From Azolla caroliniana (taxonomy: Eukaryota; Plantae; Polypodiophyta): DNA of 64,000 nt. Of the stretch, positions 58,227 through 64,000 are shown piece after piece (the stretch's first letter is position 1; each line of letters opens with the position of its first letter). The stretch covers positions 11,532,001 to 11,596,000 of the forward strand of contig JBHGNT010000004.1 in assembly GCA_043228905.1 (NCBI GenBank). The letters are read 5' to 3'. The translations under genes were made by a program, and so were the position numbers. Under the pieces are notes generated by a model. That model saw only the letters and a list, made by a program, of their open reading frames with translations, did not search any database and was not told the origin of the DNA.

Positions 58227-61200
58227 TGTGGAGCGAGCAAGGTCAACCGGATCCGGATTGGCTGAATAAGCCTGAGCCGGATCAGCATCCGGAAGGATGA
58301 GCCGGATCGAAGAGTTGGATTGGAGCGGGAACCGGAAACCTAGTAGTAGCCTAGACTACTACGTAATCATTGTCTAGTAGTTAGTGTCAATCGCACACGT
58401 GAGCATTGAAGTACCTGTCAGTACTTCTGTCAATCCTTTATGGACTTGTATAAATAGTGTTGTTTAGCACGTTGTATATACATAGTTTTAGAGTTAATTT
58501 TTTAATATAGTTTTATGTTCTGCTCTCTCTGTCTCCTTTGTGTTTTTTAAGCTTTTCCATTAAACCTTCATCTCATTTTCTATTGTTATCTGGTTGAGCC
58601 GGTTCTGTCTGACGCTTCCGCACATTAACATTCACATGGTATCAGAGCGCGAGGGTTGAGAACCTTTGCAGCCAACATTTGCTTCCGTAGACGAACCCTA
58701 GAACCCAGTAACAACAAATAGAGAGAAGATATGGATAGAGGAATGGTGAGTTCACTACCAACAGAGAATCTCGACCGAAGCAACTATGCGTCTTGGTCAT
58801 ATAAAATGCACCAGTACCTGTTGGGGCATGGATATTGGAGCTTCATGGAAGGAACAAATGAAGTAGCACCAGAGCCATCACACAAAGACTTCCCGGTATG
58901 GGAGCAAGGAGCGAGTCGGGTACTGTACTGTCTCACGTCCGATGTGCATGATCAAATGCTCAACTGCATCAAGGAGGCCTGGGAAAATCTACGGAAGATT
59001 TTCGCCGCAAGTACCACAGCCCATAAGTTGCAACTCCAGCAAGAGTTGAACAACATCCGGCAAAGAGACATGTCGGTTACGAGCTACACCACCAAGATAA
59101 AGGAGATTTGCGATGCACCTCGGGTCCATCAACGTGACGGTGGACGAAGAAGAGATGGTACAAATCTGCCTCGGTGGTCTAGTGCAAAGGTACGGGCCAA
59201 TCCGGACAGTGATCTGCACCCGGGAGAAACCACCATCCTTCTTCAACTTGCAGTTGATGGTGATGTTCCAAGAAAACCACGCAAGTGGGTCAAGGACCAC
59301 TCAATCGGACGACCGAATGATGTACACGGAGACAAATCGGCCCCATGGACGTGGTGGATGAGGTGGGTCGGCATGCAATGGAGGTGACCGACAAGAGCAG
59401 GACTGGATGCACAGAGGTTGTGCCGACAGCAGTTCCGGACCCTCCACAAGCAGGGGGAGTCAAAGCAGCACTGGGAACCGGCAAGGAAAGGCCGACACGA
59501 AATGCTGGTACTATGGCAAAAAGGGCCACAGGGAAAGCGAGTGCTAGAAGAAGTGCGTTGATTCAAACAAATAAGTACTCGACAAAACCGGTCGAGAGAA
59601 CCGGCAAAGCTCGCACTACGCGAAAGGATCGAAAGGATCCAGAACCGGGAAAACCGGTAAAGGGCCAGCCTTTGTGATGAAGCACAAGGCTAACTCGATG
59701 AAGAAGACTACATCTGGATCGGAGGAAGTATGGTACGTTGATTCTAGAGCGTCCAACCACATGACGAGCCATGAAGAGTGGTTCTCTTTTCTGGAGAAAC
59801 CGGAACAACCAAGGATTGTCAAAACCAAAGACAACACCCCACTCACCCAATAGTGCATGTTGGAGAAGTCCCTTTAAGCCATGTCGGACAAAAAGGGAAG
59901 TTGATGAACATACTACACGTTTTGACTATCACAGAGAACCTGGTGTCAGTTGGGCAAATCGTCGACCAGGGGATGCAGGTGCGGTTTACGCACCTAGGGT
60001 GATTCATCGAGGAAGAGGGCCAGATAATTGCGCAAGGGCACAGAGACGGAAGGATGTTCATCCTCAACACTAATGATGTCGGCACCGCTATGTTTGTGAA
60101 AGGGCAGAAGGTCGAATCAGACATCGACCTATGGCACAAGCAGATTCGCCACGTCAATTATCGGAGGCTTCAAGACCTGCAATCGAAACAAGTCGTTTTT
60201 GGTTTGCCGAAATTTAGCGGTCAGAAGGCCGAAATTTGTGAAGCCTGCCAACTCGGGAAGCAACACCGGCTTCCATTCCCCACCGATCGAAATCGGAGCC
60301 ATAACAAGCTCAATTTAATCCATTCGGATGTATGCGGACCAGCACAAAATGTTAGTCTTGGCAGGAGTCGGTATTTCGTCTCCTTCATCAACGACTATAG
60401 CCGGCACACATGGATCTACCTCATCAAGAGGAAGAGCGAAGTCTTCGAGTGTTTCTGGAGCCTTCAAAGCTTGGCTGAACAGGAAACGAAGACGAAGATC
60501 AAGTGCCTGCGTCCGGATGGCGGGAAAGAATACTTTTCCGGCCAATTCAACAGTTATCTACAGCAGAACGGAAATCGGAGAGAATTCAATTGCAGGTACA
60601 CACCGGAGAAAAATGGTGTGGCCTAAAGGAAGACCCGGTTGATTGTCGACGCAGCAAGGGCAATGCTGGAGGAGAAGAGCATGCCCCATTTCTACTAGGC
60701 CGAGCCGGTCCGGACGACCGTCTACATCCAAAACCGGATCGGTGACAAGGTGTCAACACATGAGCTGTATTTTGGGCGAAAGCCGAATTTGAGACACTTT
60801 CGGATATTTGGTAGCATAGCATATGTGCATGTACCCGATGAGAAGCGGAGGAAGCTGGATCCGAAGTCAGAGAAGTGTATTCTAGTCAATTACTCGCATG
60901 AGCAAAAGGGGTATTAGTGCTATAACCCCCGAACTAAGCAGGTATGAGTAAGCCGAGATGTCAAGTTTGATGAGACGGCATCATGGTACTCCTTACGGAC
61001 TCCAACTCCCAATGAAAACCCGCTTCCGAAAGACGAGGCTAGTGAGCCCGAGGAGATCCAGTAGAAGATGAAGACTTCGGCACTCTAGAAGAGAGTCCGA
61101 TCTTATTCCGGCTAACTGGACCGAATGAGCGGGTGAGTCAAGATGACCAGTCGGATGAGGAACCAACGAATAGTGGAGACTCTGTCGTACTCTCCCCACA

Positions 61201-61407
61201 CAAGGAACCGAGGAGATGGTTCACGAGCAAAGAGAAGGGGAAAAAGAAGATGCTGGAATACGAAACCGGCAACATTGAGTCGGATCAGAGCGAATCCGAC
61301 TCCGGAAAGGAATAAGGCGGATCTTCGGGAACGAAGTCTGACCTGGCCAAGAAGGGCCCCAAACCGGGTAATACCAAGTTACGTCGGTCTTCCTACCTGA
61401 AGAACCC
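58227..61407 (+). mobile_element. Element I: 3'-truncated Ty1/copia
   Basis: 5' LTR at 58227-58636 and PBS TGGTATCAGAGC at 58637. Degenerate gag-PR-INT at 58731-61400, ending in the INT-RT linker. Confidence 0.88.
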
Positions 61408-64000
61408 CGGTCTTCCGAGTTGTTCCTATCCGTGCCGTAATCCGACACCTTCTTCTTCCCTTTTTCCTTGCGCGTAAGCCGTCTCCACTACTCGCCGGCT
61501 CTTCTTCGGACTGGTCAAACCAACTAAGTCATCCATTCGGTCCACTCAACTGAAACAAGATCGGACTCTCTTCAAGGGTCCCGATTTCACCCTCATCCGG
61601 AGGCACTTCAACCTCGCTAACCTCATCGTCAGAGATCGGATTGGAATTGAGGTCAGGAGTCGGAGGAAAGTACCAAGACCCGGACTCCTCAAACACAACG
61701 TCGCGGCTCATGCGAGCTTGTTTGGTTCAGGGGTTATAGCACTTATAACCCTTCTGCTCGTCCGAATAGCCGAACAGGATACACTTCTCCGCTTTCGCAT
61801 CCAGCTTCCTTCGCTTCTCCTACGGCACATGCACATACGCAATACTACCGAAAACTTTCAAGTGTCGTAGATTCGGCTTCCTTCCGAAATACAGCTCATG
61901 TGCTGACACTTTGTCTCCAATCCGATTCTGGATGTACACTGCGGTTCGTACTGCCTTGGCCCAATAGAACTTGGGCAAGCTCTTTTCTTCCAGCATTTCC
62001 CACACCGCGCCCACAACCGACCGATTTTTCCTTTCGGCCTAGCATTGCTCCGACGTATATCTACAACTGAATTCACGTCGAATTCCCATTTGTTGTAGAT
62101 ACCCGTTGAATTGAACGGAAAAGTACTCTTTTCCGCCATCCGACCGCAGGCACTTGATCTTTCTTCCTGTTTCCCTTTCGACGAAGTTCTTGAGGTTCCG
62201 GAAATAGTCGACAGCATTGCCCACGCTGCGTCCACAACCGACCGATTTTTCCTTTCGGCCTAGCATTGCTCCGGCGTATATCTACAACTGAATTCACGTC
62301 AAATTCCCATCTGTTGTAGATACCAGTTGAATTGACCGGAAAAGTACTCTTTTCCGCCATCCGACCGCAGGCACTTGATCTTTCTTCCTGTTTCCCTTTC
62401 GACGAAGTTCTTGAGGTCCCGGAAATAGTCGAAGACTTCACTCTTCTTCTCAATGAGGTAGATCCACGTGTGTTGCGTATAGTCGTCAATGAAGGAGACC
62501 AAATATCAACTCCCACCAAGACTAACATTCTGTGTCGGCCCCCATACATCGGAATGTATCAAGTCGAGCTTGTTCCGGCTTTGGTTATGCTCGTTAGGGA
62601 AAGGAAGTCGGTGTTGCTTCCCTAGCTGGTAGGCTTCACAAATTTGTGCCTTCTGGCCACTAAATTTGAGCAATCCGAATACCACTTGTTTCGATTGCAG
62701 GTCCTCAAGCCGTTGATAGTTGATGTGGCCTATCCGCTTGTGCCATAAGTCGATATCCGACTCGACCTTTTGTCCTTTCGCGAACATTGTGGTGCCACCA
62801 TCACTAGAGTCAAGGATAAACATCCTCCCGTCTCTGCGCCGTTCCACAATAACTCGGCCTTCTTCCTCGATGAAGCACCTGAGGTGTGTGAACCGGACTT
62901 GCATCCCCTGGTCGACGATCTACCCGACCGACACCAGATTCTTCGTGATTGTCGGGACGTGTAACACGTTCATGAGTTTCCCTTTCTGCCCGACATGGCT
63001 CGAGGGAACTTCACCGACATTCGCGATCGGATGCGGAGTGTTGTCTCTGGTTGCGACTACTCCCGGTTGCATCGGTTTCTCAAGGTATGAGAACCATTCC
63101 TTGTGGCACATCATGTGGTTTGATGCGCCGGAGTCGACGTACCACACCTCGTCCGATTTCGGGGTGGACTTCATCATCGAGTTCGCTTCGTGTCTCGTCA
63201 CGAAGGCTGACCCTTCTCCGGCTTTTCCGGATCCTTCGGCGTAGTGCGATCATTGCCGATTACCCTTGTCAGTTTGTCTGGAACCTGATCCAGATCCGGT
63301 CCTCTCCGAATCGGCGCGCTTCTTCCAGCACTCGCTCTCCTTGTGGCCTTTCTTGCCACAGTACCGGCATTCCACGGCAGATTTCCCTTGCCGATTCTCG
63401 TCACCTCGACTCCCCCTATTTCTGGAGGGTCCGAAATTGTTGTCGGCATCACTTCGGTGCCTTCTTCCTTGATCCCGTCGACCGCTTCCATTGCGTGCCA
63501 ACTTGCCTCATCCGCCACAACCACGGGGCCTATCTCCCTCCGTGTACAGCATCTTGTTGTCGGCATGCGTGCTCGTCGACGCACCCGCGTGGTTCTCCTC
63601 TATAAGGAGCATCGACTGTAGGTCGAAAAACGACGGCGTATTCTCCTGTGTACACACAGCTATTCGGAATGCTCCGAACTTCAACGCCAGTCCCCCGAGA
63701 CAGATCTGCACCATCTTGCCTTCCTTGATGTTCACATCAATAGAGGCTAAAGAGTCGTATATCTCTTTGATCTTCGAGGTGTAATCAGCCACCGACAAGT
63801 CGTGTTGTCGTAAGTTACTCAGCTCCTATCGGAGTTGAATCTTCCTGGTTGTGGTGCTTGCGGCAAAAATCTTCTTCAGATTTCCCCAAGCATCTTTCAG
63901 CGTTTTCGCATCCTGAATATAGTTCAAAAGTTGTTCGCCCACACAAGACGCAAAGCAATAGAGAACTCTGCTCGCCGATTGTTCCCAAGCCAGGAAGTCT
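61408..64000 (-). mobile_element. Element J: truncated Ty1/copia (D-like) gag-PR-INT fragment, continuing beyond the window end
   Basis: Motifs CRYCGKKGHKESEC, WYVDSGASNH, IHSDVWGP and RSDGGKEY; close similarity to D 20350-22760. Confidence 0.88.
61991..62432 (-). repeat. 221-bp tandem duplication inside the integrase of J
   Basis: Units 61991-62211 and 62212-62432, with a few substitutions between them. Confidence 0.9.

Overview
The window is a gene-free stack of nested plant LTR retrotransposons; the element types suggest a non-seed land plant such as a bryophyte, lycophyte or fern (inference). I reconstructed 12 elements by eye from LTR pairs, PBS/PPT motifs and target-site duplications (TSDs). 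A: truncated Athila-like Ty3/gypsy with an extra 3' ORF (1-6560, -). M: non-coding two-LTR element (7669-10090), with an inverted second copy (31253-39212). K: deleted Athila-like gypsy (10091-31250, +), split by chromovirus B (12934-29225, -). B itself contains the gag-only element C (16001-19521, -) and copia D (19676-25418, +). L: very young chromovirus with apparently identical LTRs (31821-38765, -). G: copia (39523-58046, +), containing integrase-less copia H (42963-47129, -) and tRNA-Trp-primed gypsy E (47792-56263, -). I and J: truncated copias joined tail-to-tail (58227-64000). The best leads are four. (1) A -1 frameshift cassette (G GAU UUU, 5-nt spacer, predicted H-type pseudoknot) sits after the protease of E. 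(2) A ~160-nt multi-stem RNA with compensatory changes lies ~100 nt upstream of gag in both chromoviruses. (3) C and E look like a non-autonomous/autonomous pair, sharing the Trp PBS, 4-bp ACGN TSDs and a PPT-adjacent hairpin; C also carries a tRNA-like A/B-box module in its LTRs. (4) A has a >540-codon extra ORF. No host gene, rRNA, intact tRNA or CRISPR array was seen. All identities are by-eye estimates; no searches were run.
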